IMG/VR virus record: IMGVR_UViG_3300035676_000001
Strand: one strand, 5' to 3'
From: a virus
Lineage: Duplodnaviria > Caudoviricetes
Length of the DNA: 64,000 bases
Shown: one piece after another, positions 36,430 through 46,596 of the stretch
Position numbering within the stretch: position 1 is the first letter of the stretch
Layout of the letters: each line of letters opens with the position of its first letter
Program-made: the position numbers and the translations under genes
The notes under the pieces: generated by a model
The model's database searches: none
Seen by the model: the letters and a program-made list of their open reading frames with translations, nothing else
What the model was told of the DNA's origin: nothing

Positions 36430-37731
36430 TTACTTCTTATCTTTTCTATACTTATTTATGAAATTAAGACCGTATGCTATTCCACCTGGTTGCAGATTCT
36501 CTTTACCAGTCCCGATTGCTCCTGGAGTTTGCTTTGCAGCATACTTAAAAGCACCCAAAGTTCCAGTAAGAGTATTTGGTTTTCCTGGAGACCTATACAT
36601 TCTATCCATCTTGACTTCAGTATATTCAGACAAATCTTTAATCCAAGACTTAAACATCATACCCGATTCAGTTACACAAATCAAATAGTTGGTTCCACGA
36701 CGAATGATACGACCAACCATTCCAGTGTTTAGATTTTCTACCAACTGACCAATTCTAAAAATTGATTCTGTGAGATAATTTTCACGAAGAGTTTGGAAAT
36801 CAAACTTAGGTGCAATCTCCCAAATACTCCAACCTTCTTTAATGTTCATTGAAGCACGAAGATTATCATACAATTCCATTGCTTCCTTGCGCTTCATCTC
36901 TGGAGGAAGACCCTCTCTAAACTTCCTAAAGTCTCCTTCAGCAGCGGCAAGTCTCATTCTTGATGCAGACATTCCTTCTACACCTTTTGCATCAGGGTCT
37001 CTTTCTCCAGCAGAGACTACTTCAATATTATCAAATTGATAAAGTTGCCCGTTATAATTGCCTGATAATTTTTCAAACTCTTTAACTCTATCAGACCCAC
37101 CAACAATTCTTACATTCGTATATCCATCATTATGCGCTTTCTTGAGAACATCAAAAATAGTTTTTGTATTTGCATCATTTACAATTCTTTCACTATGAGC
37201 AGGGAACATCCTTCTCATATAAGAAACTTTTGTATCTGGGTCTAATGGATTCTTTTTCTTATCCTGACTTCTTGAAGGATAGATTAAATAGTCACCCTTA
37301 TCTGCTGCAGCCGATTGTGCAGCAACATCCATCAATTGCTGATGCCCAATCGTAGGAGGATTGAAACGACCAAATGCAATTGTAAGAGTTCCCTTTGTTT
37401 TGGGAACTGGTGGTGGAGTTGCAACAGGTTGCTCTTGTGCTGCTGCCTGCTGTTCAGGAGCAGGTGCTTGCTGCTGTGCTGCTTGCTGTTGAGCAAGTGC
37501 TGGGTCTTGATATCCAGGAGAAGCAATTGTTTTTTCCTTTTCAGTTTGCGCTGGGTCCTTTTCACCAACTTTTTGACGCTTATTATAAAACTTGAGTTGA
37601 CCCCTTTCAGTTTTTGCTACAAACTCTCCTTGCCTATCATACCATCCACCGTGCCCGTCGCCAACAAGACCAAGACGCTGAGCTTGTTGAGATGCAGATG
37701 CTTCAGAGATAAACTGGAAAAAACTTTTCAT
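36430..37731 (-). CDS. cytidylyltransferase-like (HIGH-motif) nucleotidyltransferase of T4-like cyanophages
   Basis: FGRFNPPTIGH, KNPL, VGGSDRV, SAGERDPD and GMSASRMR; N-terminus MKSFFQFISE. Confidence 0.8.
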   Translation of the reverse strand: MKSFFQFISEASASQQAQRLGLVGDGHGGWYDRQGEFVAKTERGQLKFYNKRQKVGEKDPAQTEKEKTIASPGYQDPALAQQQAAQQQAPAPEQQAAAQEQPVATPPPVPKTKGTLTIAFGRFNPPTIGHQQLMDVAAQSAAADKGDYLIYPSRSQDKKKNPLDPDTKVSYMRRMFPAHSERIVNDANTKTIFDVLKKAHNDGYTNVRIVGGSDRVKEFEKLSGNYNGQLYQFDNIEVVSAGERDPDAKGVEGMSASRMRLAAAEGDFRKFREGLPPEMKRKEAMELYDNLRASMNIKEGWSIWEIAPKFDFQTLRENYLTESIFRIGQLVENLNTGMVGRIIRRGTNYLICVTESGMMFKSWIKDLSEYTEVKMDRMYRSPGKPNTLTGTLGAFKYAAKQTPGAIGTGKENLQPGGIAYGLNFINKYRKDKK

Positions 37732-37733
37732 TC

Positions 37734-37979
37734 TTATTTTTTAATTCTATTACAAATGTCCGACATTATTGACTTTTCGTTTGCAATAATGTAGTTAAGA
37801 CCATTCTTTCTAATCTTAATATATTTATTCTTTAACAAATCTGATTTATTGGATTGAATTTCCTTATCAAGTGCAAAGTAAAAATACTTGATAAAATCAT
37901 TGAAAACATCTTTTGGTCTTGACTTTTTGGTTGTAAAAATATCAAGAACATTATTAAGGAATGCTTGAAGGTCTTTCAT
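37734..37979 (-). CDS. hypothetical protein
   Basis: 81 aa coupled ORF. Confidence 0.5.
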   Translation of the reverse strand: MKDLQAFLNNVLDIFTTKKSRPKDVFNDFIKYFYFALDKEIQSNKSDLLKNKYIKIRKNGLNYIIANEKSIMSDICNRIKK

Positions 37980-39109
37980 ATCAAAAACATTCCAGGTTGT
38001 GCTTCCAAATAATTTCTTGGATAAAATCTGTACATTTTTCCTGCTGCAGTAGTTGAACTTGCAACTTCCATTTTATATCGTATCTGAATAATCAAATTAC
38101 TATTTCCAGATAATTTTGTTCCATCAGAATTTGAACGATAGATTTCAATTTTTGGGTCTCCCGATGCATTTATTCTAGCATTATATCTAGCGTTTGCAAG
38201 AATATCCCTAAACTGACGGTCGGCAACTCTTGTTTTGACTCTACCATCTCCAGTAAATTTAACAAGTTCGGTATTAACATTTCTAGAAAGACCGTAGATA
38301 ATGTAGTCAGCAAACTTTACTTTGGTATCAGTTCTATCTGGGGTATCTAATCCTTCGTTTAACTTTTTAGCGGCATAAGCATAAACAAGTCTTGCTGCCT
38401 TTTTAAGATATTCACCACCTCCAGTTTCTTTTGCGTTATCTCTAGAGGCATATTTTTTTGTGAATACTTCTTTATCAAAAAATTCATCAATAAAGTTCTG
38501 ATAATTATTAGCAACTGGGGAAACATCTAATCCCATTTCACTAAAGATATTCAAAAATTTATCAAATCCCTGACCAGATACTTGGTGAAATTGCTCACCA
38601 CCATCAACTTTTAATGAGTAATCAATATTCCTAAATCTTTTATCAGGATTTGTTGGAGAATTAACTTCTATCTTAACATCCGCTTTTGTTCCTTTTTGGT
38701 CTTCTGTTCCAGCAGCAGTTACTCGAATAAAATCTTCACGAGCATTGATAGAAAGACCTCTTGCTTGTGCATTAAGTCTACTATGCGAATTTACAAAGGA
38801 TACTGCGCCATTTTTTAAATCAGAAACTTTTGCCCAATTTGTTCTATCAGACAAAAAATCTTGTGCCTTTTTAGGAACGGATACAGATACGGACACTGTA
38901 TCAATTACAGCACTACCAACATCATTAACTTGCTTAACATATCCCTTCTTCATCATTTCCGTCAATACGGTATCAACATCCGAACCAGTAACTGTCGGTA
39001 GAGTCTTAGAAGATTTTGTTTTTGCTCTTTTTACAAATCTAGCGGCAACAGCAGCAGCAAAAAAAACTTCAAACAAATCACCTCTATTAGCTGATATTTT
39101 TTCCGCCAT
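37976..39109 (-). CDS. hypothetical, possible PD-(D/E)XK nuclease
   Basis: GDLFE...TKADVKI...YSLK pattern; CTAAATA at 39124-39130. Confidence 0.45.
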   Translation of the reverse strand: MAEKISANRGDLFEVFFAAAVAARFVKRAKTKSSKTLPTVTGSDVDTVLTEMMKKGYVKQVNDVGSAVIDTVSVSVSVPKKAQDFLSDRTNWAKVSDLKNGAVSFVNSHSRLNAQARGLSINAREDFIRVTAAGTEDQKGTKADVKIEVNSPTNPDKRFRNIDYSLKVDGGEQFHQVSGQGFDKFLNIFSEMGLDVSPVANNYQNFIDEFFDKEVFTKKYASRDNAKETGGGEYLKKAARLVYAYAAKKLNEGLDTPDRTDTKVKFADYIIYGLSRNVNTELVKFTGDGRVKTRVADRQFRDILANARYNARINASGDPKIEIYRSNSDGTKLSGNSNLIIQIRYKMEVASSTTAAGKMYRFYPRNYLEAQPGMFLI

Positions 39110-39130
39110 AAGACTTTTTGAAGTATTTAG

Positions 39131-39155
39131 TGCCCAAAAGAGGACTTGAACCTAT
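39131..39155 (-). pseudogene. 3' remnant (T-arm and acceptor strand) of the disrupted tRNA
   Basis: ATAGG-TTCAAGT-CCTCT-TTTGGGC-A. Confidence 0.75.
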
Positions 39156-39163
39156 ATCGACAA

Positions 39164-39246
39164 TGCTCCAGAGAAGATTTGAACTTCCACGCTTTTTAAG
39201 GCGGCGGATTCTAAGTCCGCTGTGTCTACCGTTCCACCACTGGAGC
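39164..39246 (-). tRNA. tRNA-Leu(UAG), intact, inside the HNH cassette
   Basis: GCTCCAG/CTGGAGC acceptor; GCGGA-CTTAGAA-TCCGC; variable arm; TTCAAAT. Confidence 0.92.
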
Positions 39247-39690
39247 TAAACAATTTCTATTTGAGAATGTATTAGTTTGTGTATGACAATTAGGACATAA
39301 TAATCTTAAGTTGTCGGGTCTGTTATCATATGGTTGACCGTTAATATGGTCAACTTGTAATCTTAATGGTTTTCCATTCCAAGTAGAAGGAATGCCACAT
39401 TCAAAACAAGTATTACCTATTTCTTCTATTAATAATCTATATAGAATTTCACGCTTACAAGATTTACCTTTTAAAGAAGTATATTCTAAAAGTGTTTTCC
39501 ATTTATTATATCCACCATATTGCCTAATTTTATTAGTATAATCTGGTTTGTAATCGGGAATCCATTTTTTATATCTTGCTCGTAAAGTATCTGGTTTACA
39601 ATTTAATTCTAAACATAATTGAGTTGGTGATACTCCAGACAATAAAGATTCTATTATGTATTCTTTTTTGTCGTCAAGGTCTTTTCTCAT
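39226..39690 (-). CDS. HNH homing endonuclease whose last 7 codons lie inside tRNA-Leu
   Basis: Start ATG 39690; HTH-like N-terminus; CFECG..LQVDHING..DNR.DNLRLLCPNCH; ends GCT CCA GTG GTG GAA CGG TAG. Confidence 0.88.
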   Translation of the reverse strand: MRKDLDDKKEYIIESLLSGVSPTQLCLELNCKPDTLRARYKKWIPDYKPDYTNKIRQYGGYNKWKTLLEYTSLKGKSCKREILYRLLIEEIGNTCFECGIPSTWNGKPLRLQVDHINGQPYDNRPDNLRLLCPNCHTQTNTFSNRNCLAPVVER

Positions 39691-39725
39691 AATTGGTAGA
39701 CACGCTGTATTATTTATACAAAATA

Positions 39726-39747
39726 CTACTAATTTTACCATTTGGGC
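39726..39747 (-). pseudogene. 5' remnant (acceptor strand and decayed D-arm) of the disrupted tRNA-Leu
   Basis: GCCCAAATGGTAAAATTAGTAG; GCCCAAA is the exact complement of TTTGGGC in the 3' remnant. Confidence 0.7.
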
Positions 39748-39751
39748 AAAG

Positions 39752-39824
39752 TGGAGAATAGCGGACTCGAACCGCTGACATCCTGCTTGCAAAGCAGGCG
39801 CTCTACCAACTGAGCTAATTCCCC
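39752..39824 (-). tRNA. tRNA-Ala(UGC)
   Basis: GGGGAAT/ATTCTCC acceptor; CCTGC-TTTGCAA-GCAGG. Confidence 0.93.
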
Positions 39825-39847
39825 GAAAACCCCGGAGGGTTATTTGT

Positions 39848-40024
39848 TCATTCTACTGCAGAACCAATCTTTTCGTCAAGGTCTGCAATTACATTGCGAA
39901 TATCAGCAACACGAGGAGGAACACTCAATTCATCATAAGTGTATCCTTTTTGTGCATCAAATAGAACTTGACGAACTGCTGCTGCAGCACGAATATCGAT
40001 TTTTACAGATACAGATTTAGCCAT
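39848..40024 (-). CDS. 58-aa hypothetical (below ORF-track cutoff)
   Basis: MAKSVSVKIDIRAAAAVRQVLFDAQKGYTYDELSVPPRVADIRNVI; coupled to mazG. Confidence 0.6.
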   Translation of the reverse strand: MAKSVSVKIDIRAAAAVRQVLFDAQKGYTYDELSVPPRVADIRNVIADLDEKIGSAVE

Positions 40025-40434
40025 CAGATGTCTCCTTCTTCACGATTTTCACTATAATAAACATCAAAGAAACCGTCAGGATAACGCTTCATCAGTTTAT
40101 CAATATTAGTCTGAACAACCTCATCAAAGGAAACTTCCAGAGCAATACAAGCTTGTGCAATATACCACAGAGTATCACCAAGTTCTTTAATCAGGTGAGT
40201 GCGGGTTTCTTCATTCCAGGACTTACCCTGAAAAACCATCTTCTTCACAATCTCCATAAACTCACCACCTTCGGCATTGATACCAACGGCAGCAGTCAGA
40301 AGACGCTCAATATTAGCACCCTTCTCATCCAACTGAACCATACGGTCAGAGAGAGCGAGAAAATCTTTGGATGCGTCAGAAGTGACGGCATCTACAAAGT
40401 TTTGGTATTTATCAAAATCAACTCGTTGCGTCAT
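40024..40434 (-). CDS. mazG: MazG-family nucleotide pyrophosphohydrolase
   Basis: LTAAVGINAEGGEFMEIVKK..KELGDTLWY..NIDKL..RYP. Confidence 0.92.
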   Translation of the reverse strand: MTQRVDFDKYQNFVDAVTSDASKDFLALSDRMVQLDEKGANIERLLTAAVGINAEGGEFMEIVKKMVFQGKSWNEETRTHLIKELGDTLWYIAQACIALEVSFDEVVQTNIDKLMKRYPDGFFDVYYSENREEGDI

Positions 40435-41810
40435 GAAAATTTAAATCCTTCAAATGATTTTTTTGGTTTCTTTTCTTCGTAATTATACTCCTCTTCTTGT
40501 CCAGAGTCAAGTATGTCTTGTTGTGCTGACTGCTCACAGTCATACAATCTCATCTTAGCACGGTCAATACCAATAACAAAACGCTTGAAGATTGTTGGGT
40601 CATTGTATCGATTCTTCAATTGTTTGACTAGAATTTGTCCCAACCCCTCCAACTCTTCTGTACTAATAAGGGCAAACATAAGGTCAGCAGTAGCAGGGAG
40701 ACCAAAGGACTCACTAGTATCAGTAAGTTCAACATCAGAGTTCCCATAACCACTGCGGGTAGTCTGGGTAGCAGAGACAATGGGAACATTGAATTCCACC
40801 GCCAAACCGCGAAGTTCTTCTGCAATTGACTTGATATACGAATAAGAATTGATAGAGCTGTTTGCCTTATGCCTAGAGGAAGCACAAATATTAAGGTAGT
40901 CAATGAAAATAATATCAGGTCTGAATGATTTCTTAAGAGCAAGTTCATTGAGAAGTGCCTTGAAATGTCCTGAGTGTGCAGAAGCAGTCGGGTATTCTTT
41001 GATGACCAAAGAACCTTGTGTCTTCTTCGCAATACTATTTACTTTCGTTTCAAACATTTGGCGCGGTAAATCAACCAATTGCTGAATCGGGACATTGAGA
41101 AGGTTTGCGTCAATTCTTTCTGCAATTCGCTCTTCCGCCATCTCAAGAGTGATATAGAGTACATTCCGACCCTGTAACAAGGCGGCGCTAGCCACATGAC
41201 ACATAAACAATGATTTCCCAACACCCGTTCCAGCGAGAGCAATATTGAGAGTCTTGTTAGGTAAACCACCTTTAGTGATTTTGTTGAAATATTCCAGGTC
41301 AAACTCGATTTTATCTTCTTTACGGTGGTAAAATTCATAACGCTCCTCATAGTTCTGAAGATAATCGTGTCCGATATTGTTATCAAACGATACTGCTAGA
41401 GCATCAGAAAGAATGCTTGGAATCGCGTCACGATTTTTCTTCCCATCATTACCATCAGCAATATGAATTGACTCCATCAAAGCAAGATAAATTGCTCTAT
41501 CTCGACACCACTTTTCAGTCGTATCAAGCAACCATTGCTGTTCTACAACACCATTATGAAATCCAGAATTGAGTTCCCGAATCTCTTTGATTTCAGACTC
41601 ATTAAGGTCTGTGCGATTTTCTATCTCAATCGCAAGTGCTTCTGTTGTAATTGCTGATCCATATTTAACAATGAACTTAACAATTTCCTCAAATACGACC
41701 TTTTCGGATCTTTGCTCAAAATAATCTGGTTGTATAAAAGGTATGACTTTTCTGGAGTAATCTTCATTGAATATCAGGTTTCTTAAAATTGTAAGTTCAA
41801 GTCGTTCCAT
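40431..41810 (-). CDS. 41: replicative DNA helicase (gp41)
   Basis: LAGTGVGKS, YITLEMAEERIAERIDANL, IKEYPT, IDYLNI and SATQTTRSG. Confidence 0.96.
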   Translation of the reverse strand: MERLELTILRNLIFNEDYSRKVIPFIQPDYFEQRSEKVVFEEIVKFIVKYGSAITTEALAIEIENRTDLNESEIKEIRELNSGFHNGVVEQQWLLDTTEKWCRDRAIYLALMESIHIADGNDGKKNRDAIPSILSDALAVSFDNNIGHDYLQNYEERYEFYHRKEDKIEFDLEYFNKITKGGLPNKTLNIALAGTGVGKSLFMCHVASAALLQGRNVLYITLEMAEERIAERIDANLLNVPIQQLVDLPRQMFETKVNSIAKKTQGSLVIKEYPTASAHSGHFKALLNELALKKSFRPDIIFIDYLNICASSRHKANSSINSYSYIKSIAEELRGLAVEFNVPIVSATQTTRSGYGNSDVELTDTSESFGLPATADLMFALISTEELEGLGQILVKQLKNRYNDPTIFKRFVIGIDRAKMRLYDCEQSAQQDILDSGQEEEYNYEEKKPKKSFEGFKFS

Positions 41811-42367
41811 TACTTATAATGCAAATAGGCACTCATAATATACTTTGGACCACTGATAGGAGGTTCCCCCTTATGAGGAAACATCCAGAGTGGGGGAAAC
41901 ATAATTAAGGTTCCCTGTTTTGGTTGAATTTGAATGTCCTTAAAAATAGTTTGACCACCACTCTCAACATCATTCAAATACCACATAAAAGACAAATATC
42001 TACGGGCGGTCCCATAGTCTACCACATCTACATGGGTATCAAACTGATCTACACCATTTGGTTCGTATTTTTTAATACGAAATTGTTCTAGAGCGTGTTC
42101 TTCTGGAAATACACGCTTATCTACAAACTCATAATACTTATCACGATATTCAAAAATATTTTTAATAATATGATTATGAACTTGATTAACTTCTGGTGTC
42201 AACTCACGATTTTCTGTGAAATTAAACTGAGTAAAGTTAGGTTTTCCGTCATTATCGTGACGCTCTTGTTTATCAGGAACCTGGTCAAATAGACTAATTA
42301 GAAAGTTGCATATATCAGGTTCAAGAGCATTCTCGTAGATATGAATGAAATCTTGAAGTTCATCCAT
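41810..42367 (-). CDS. 2OG-Fe(II) oxygenase
   Basis: FDTHVD (HxD), [21 protein letters not shown] and KY; start ATG 42367. Confidence 0.9.
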   Translation of the reverse strand: MDELQDFIHIYENALEPDICNFLISLFDQVPDKQERHDNDGKPNFTQFNFTENRELTPEVNQVHNHIIKNIFEYRDKYYEFVDKRVFPEEHALEQFRIKKYEPNGVDQFDTHVDVVDYGTARRYLSFMWYLNDVESGGQTIFKDIQIQPKQGTLIMFPPLWMFPHKGEPPISGPKYIMSAYLHYK

Positions 42368-43361
42368 AAGAGAATTCGCCTTTAGCAATCACATCCAGTT
42401 TCTGCATTACTTCTTCAGTAAAGTATTCTTCTGGATTTGCTAAAATCTGTTTGGCGTAGATTTTTTTACCGTCCATCTCATAGCGACCTGCTACATTCTT
42501 CCAGAGTCCACCAATCTCACCAAGTTCCAGAAGACCGTAGTAACGATCAAGACCGCGCTCATCATAATACAGACGGACTTCAACATCCTTATTCTCCTTA
42601 CTCAAACGCGATTTAGCAGTCTTAGCTTTGATAATATTGCCGACCACTTCTGTTCCATCCTTTTCTTTCTTTTTGCTGAGATATATGATTGAAGACGCTG
42701 CGTATTTGAGTCCGCTGCCTCCACCCATTTCCTTAGTTGGTACATAAGCTCCGATAACATCATAGGTATGATTAGTAACTATCATTGGAATATTTGCTTG
42801 ACCAAGTTTCAAGGTAAGCATACGGAATGCACCTTTAATCAGTTGTGATTTGGTCATGTCACGAACTTCTTTATCATTCAGAGCATCATTAATCTCTTTA
42901 CTTGTGGAAAGCATCCCCAAAGAGTCTAACACGAACATACAAGGATTGCGTTCTCCCTCTGGTTTCTTCATATACAAATCTACTGCCTTGAGTGCCTTTC
43001 CACGAAACTCTTCAACAGTAACAACATTGACAACCACAAGACGAGAAGTATCAATTCCACGAGATTCTAATAGAGATTTAGTGATAGCAGCCTCAGTGTC
43101 AAAGTAGAGACAGTAACCATTGGGATTAGTATCAAGAAAGTTCTTAACCACGGCGAGAGAGAAAAAAGTCTTTCCAGTAGAAGACTCTCCAGCAATAGCA
43201 GTAATCTTATTCCCAGATACGCCACCAAATACACTACCTGAAACCAGTGCATTAAAAATGTATGAACCCGTATCAACATAACTTTCAGTCTCATCAATTT
43301 CTGAAGCAAGTTGGGTATAATCCCCACCAATTTCTTTTACGATATCTTTAAGAAAATCCAT
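42360..43361 (-). CDS. uvsX: RecA-like recombinase UvsX
   Basis: [24 protein letters not shown] and MGGGSGLKY; start ATG 43361. Confidence 0.95.
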   Translation of the reverse strand: MDFLKDIVKEIGGDYTQLASEIDETESYVDTGSYIFNALVSGSVFGGVSGNKITAIAGESSTGKTFFSLAVVKNFLDTNPNGYCLYFDTEAAITKSLLESRGIDTSRLVVVNVVTVEEFRGKALKAVDLYMKKPEGERNPCMFVLDSLGMLSTSKEINDALNDKEVRDMTKSQLIKGAFRMLTLKLGQANIPMIVTNHTYDVIGAYVPTKEMGGGSGLKYAASSIIYLSKKKEKDGTEVVGNIIKAKTAKSRLSKENKDVEVRLYYDERGLDRYYGLLELGEIGGLWKNVAGRYEMDGKKIYAKQILANPEEYFTEEVMQKLDVIAKGEFSYG

Positions 43362-43525
43362 CAGCAAACCATCCCGTATTCTTCACGAAGTATTTTTTTA
43401 TAAGGCAAACCTTGTTCTCTAAGTTCTTTCACCAATTTAAGTTTATGATAAAGAGCAGCATCTCCTCCAAATCCAAGAGAACTGACAATTTTTTTTAGTT
43501 CTTCGTCGTTAATAGGCAAATCCAT
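43361..43525 (-). CDS. 54-aa hypothetical (below ORF-track cutoff)
   Basis: [29 protein letters not shown]; abuts gp43 and uvsX. Confidence 0.55.
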   Translation of the reverse strand: MDLPINDEELKKIVSSLGFGGDAALYHKLKLVKELREQGLPYKKILREEYGMVC

Positions 43526-46026
43526 TAGGCAAAAAATAGTTCAAGGTTTACAGTTTTTTCCACATTCCATCCAATTGCATCAAGAATGGACTTAAGTGGT
43601 TCAAGAAAACTCTTTTCAAATTGTAGTTCATAGTCGATGTATTTGTCAAGTCCAAGTTCCAAAGGAAAATCTTGAATGAAAGAAATGATATTTTCTTGAA
43701 TGATATTTGGTTTTTTGAGGTAGATAAATTTAACCTTTTCCCCATTACCAATAAGTGAATATTTATTGGTCAGTTTTTTCTCTTTCACATAGTGATTGAA
43801 CAATAATGCTCCACGAATATGAATGGGAGTTTTTGGTTGATAAATGTTCGATGATGAATAATACTTGCGGACATCAGAAGCAGTTCTTGGGAATGCAATC
43901 TGTTCTGGAGGAAGTTTTTTGAAATCAGAACGACACTTATCAATAAACTCAATCACCTCTTCTTCAGTTCCACTCATCATCAGTTTCAGACCATCCTTAA
44001 TCATCTGACGACAGGGAGCTGGAGTAGAAGACTTGACTGCCTCAATGCCCATCATCTTCAGTTTAGGTTCTTCATAACGAACACCTTCACTATCCCAGAC
44101 ATTGAGAATATAACGCTTCTTCGCAGTCCAGATTCCACGGTCAGCAATATTCTCCCGCTTCATCTGCATCTTCTGGTCATAAGCATTCACATAGTCCGCC
44201 AGTTCTTGGTAGCAACCTTCAATATGCTTTTCAAGTTCCACTTTAGCGACCTTATCAAGGAACGAAACAACGCTTTCAGTAGTTTTCTCTCTTCCCTTGT
44301 ATACAGTCTCAACCAAAGGACCCATATTAAGATAAATGGAATCGGTATCAGAAGCAATGACATAATCAACATCCTGTGTCTTGAGAACTTTATTCAGATA
44401 CTTATTAATCTTATCTTCAATCCAACGAATCGAAACCTGTCCTGAAAGAGTAATTGCTTCAGCATTTGCTAGTTTGAAATAACGGAAATACTGATTGCCG
44501 ATAGCACCATAAGCAGAGTTAAGTTGAATCTTCCTCGCCATTTGGATGTTATTGCACCTTGCAATCTCCTTTTCCAGTTCTTTGGTTTTCTTTTTCTCAT
44601 ACTCTTGTTTAGCAGCAAGCATCTTCTTTTTGTAGATAGTGCGGTCCTCATAAATCTTTTCCATCAGTTCTGGAAGAAATCCACGCACATCTTTGCGATA
44701 CATTGCACCATTAGCACAAACTGCATAATCCTTATACATTTCAAAATTAATTTGCTGATTAAGGATTTTATCTACAGTTACAGACGGATGCCTCTCATCC
44801 AAAAGAGTTTCTGGTGAGATATTGTATTGCATAATCAGGTGAGGATACAGCGAGTTCAAGTCAAAGTTCACCACCCAATCATAAACACCAGGAATCGGTT
44901 CCTTTACATAAGCACCAGCATACTTGGAATCCTTATCCGACCTTACATTCGGAGGAATTACAATATTCTTCTTTTTCAGATAGTTGTAGATAATCGTATC
45001 CCACATCCGAACCTGAGAGAACACATCAGCATAATTTGCTTTAGCGTCATACGCCATCGTCAACGCAAGTTCAATCAGTTTCATCTTGTCTTCCAAACGG
45101 TCAACAAGTTCTACGTCAATGATGTTGTATTCTACAAACTTTTGCCATCCCTTGGTATAGAAATCTTTGAAAGTATCGAATTCACTGTGGTCCAACTTTT
45201 GCTGCCCAAGTTCCACATTCGCAATATGGTCAAGGCGATAAGATTCTTGTGCCTTATAAGTAAACTTCTTATAAAGATTGAGATAGTCAAGTTGACTCAC
45301 ACCACCAATATCATAAGAGATATTTTTACGACCAGAAATGTAAATCTCATCCTCAGTCACTAGCCCCCAAGGAGACATACGCTTCATTAATTTTTCACCA
45401 AGAACACGGTCTATACGACGAACCAAATATGGAATATCATACAGTTCACTATTCCAACCAGTGATGACTTCTGGAGTATTCTCCTCAATCATCCACCAAT
45501 TGATAAAGTCATTTAACAAATCATATTCGTTAGTAAAAGAACGATACTTTACATTGCTTTGCTGATTATTGAATTTACCAAGACCCCAAGTACGAATCTG
45601 TTTCGTATTATAATCTTGAAGCGTAATCAGCAGCACTTCCTCAGCAGCACTTTCTACATCAGGGAATCCATTCTCTGATGCAACCTCAATATCGATAGTA
45701 GTTACTTTGATTTTACTAATATCAAACTTAACTTCATCTTCTGGATAATTTTCGGCAATGTATTGATAGATGTATCGGTCATTTCCAGAAATCTTAAATC
45801 CTTCTACACCATCATACTTCTTAATAAACTCTCTACATTCTCTTACAGTTCCTGGTTGAACTGCTTCAACATATTCACCGTTCAGGGTTTTATATTTCGT
45901 ATTCTTTTTTGAGGGGACAAAAAGAGTCGGGTAAAACTTCTCACGGGTCATGAAATGTTTTCCATTTTCATAACCACGAACCAAGAAGTGGTCCCCGACC
46001 ATCTGAACGTTAGTATAAAATCTCAT
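43525..46026 (-). CDS. 43: family B DNA polymerase (gp43)
   Basis: DIEV exonuclease, FDLNSLYPHLI, KIQLNSAYGAIG, ASDTDSIY and WTAKKRY. Confidence 0.97.
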   Translation of the reverse strand: MRFYTNVQMVGDHFLVRGYENGKHFMTREKFYPTLFVPSKKNTKYKTLNGEYVEAVQPGTVRECREFIKKYDGVEGFKISGNDRYIYQYIAENYPEDEVKFDISKIKVTTIDIEVASENGFPDVESAAEEVLLITLQDYNTKQIRTWGLGKFNNQQSNVKYRSFTNEYDLLNDFINWWMIEENTPEVITGWNSELYDIPYLVRRIDRVLGEKLMKRMSPWGLVTEDEIYISGRKNISYDIGGVSQLDYLNLYKKFTYKAQESYRLDHIANVELGQQKLDHSEFDTFKDFYTKGWQKFVEYNIIDVELVDRLEDKMKLIELALTMAYDAKANYADVFSQVRMWDTIIYNYLKKKNIVIPPNVRSDKDSKYAGAYVKEPIPGVYDWVVNFDLNSLYPHLIMQYNISPETLLDERHPSVTVDKILNQQINFEMYKDYAVCANGAMYRKDVRGFLPELMEKIYEDRTIYKKKMLAAKQEYEKKKTKELEKEIARCNNIQMARKIQLNSAYGAIGNQYFRYFKLANAEAITLSGQVSIRWIEDKINKYLNKVLKTQDVDYVIASDTDSIYLNMGPLVETVYKGREKTTESVVSFLDKVAKVELEKHIEGCYQELADYVNAYDQKMQMKRENIADRGIWTAKKRYILNVWDSEGVRYEEPKLKMMGIEAVKSSTPAPCRQMIKDGLKLMMSGTEEEVIEFIDKCRSDFKKLPPEQIAFPRTASDVRKYYSSSNIYQPKTPIHIRGALLFNHYVKEKKLTNKYSLIGNGEKVKFIYLKKPNIIQENIISFIQDFPLELGLDKYIDYELQFEKSFLEPLKSILDAIGWNVEKTVNLELFFA

Positions 46027-46280
46027 CAGGCAGTTAGTTCAAGATACTTCGTAACGATTTCTTCTTTTGGGTCAACGATAGTCAAAATACTATCAGAGTG
46101 AATCATCATCTCTCTTTGGTCAGTAACTTCTGGCCAAGGAGTAAGTTCACCTTCAGCATTAATCTGATAAGGATTAACAATGCGACAATCAGGTTCACCA
46201 AGTTCAGAAGGAACTTCTTCAATTTCGGTGACGATTACATTATCAACCTTCAGTAAAAGACACTTCACTGTTTTGGACAT
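46026..46280 (-). CDS. conserved hypothetical (paralogue of the upstream gene)
   Basis: KCLLLK..IVTEIEEV..NPY..PWP..ILTIVDP. Confidence 0.7.
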   Translation of the reverse strand: MSKTVKCLLLKVDNVIVTEIEEVPSELGEPDCRIVNPYQINAEGELTPWPEVTDQREMMIHSDSILTIVDPKEEIVTKYLELTA

Positions 46281-46575
46281 TTACTTTCTCCTCATACATT
46301 TGTTTAATAGTATCAATTGGTTCCACAATGGTCACAATCCAATCTGGAGGGACTGGAATCTGAGTATCCTTTGCAAGAACAATCCAGGGTGATAGTGAAA
46401 CCTCTAGGTCTCCACTTGGATTTGCATTTTCTTCAACCAATAGAACAGTTCTACGAGTCTCAACTTTATGTGGGTTTGTGAGGAGATATCCACAAACTTT
46501 ATCGTCAGAAATCAGTTCTTTAGCATCAGAAATCACAGTTTCACCCGACTTCAAGAGTGCTAGTTTAATCGACAT
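46243..46575 (-). CDS. conserved hypothetical
   Basis: MSIKLALLKSGETVISD..NPH..LSPW..IVTIVEP. Confidence 0.7.
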   Translation of the reverse strand: MSIKLALLKSGETVISDAKELISDDKVCGYLLTNPHKVETRRTVLLVEENANPSGDLEVSLSPWIVLAKDTQIPVPPDWIVTIVEPIDTIKQMYEEKVNVQNSEVSFTEG

Positions 46576-46596
46576 TTTACTCTATGTGCTCCTACC

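Noticed and set aside
39691-39792. ORF-track N-terminal extension of the HNH (MQAGCQRFES...)
   Set aside because: Runs through tRNA-Ala and the late promoter; ATG 39690 is the plausible start
28664-46026. Introns or inteins in nrdA, nrdB, 41, uvsX and 43
   Set aside because: All are continuous ORFs of normal length with no insertion blocks
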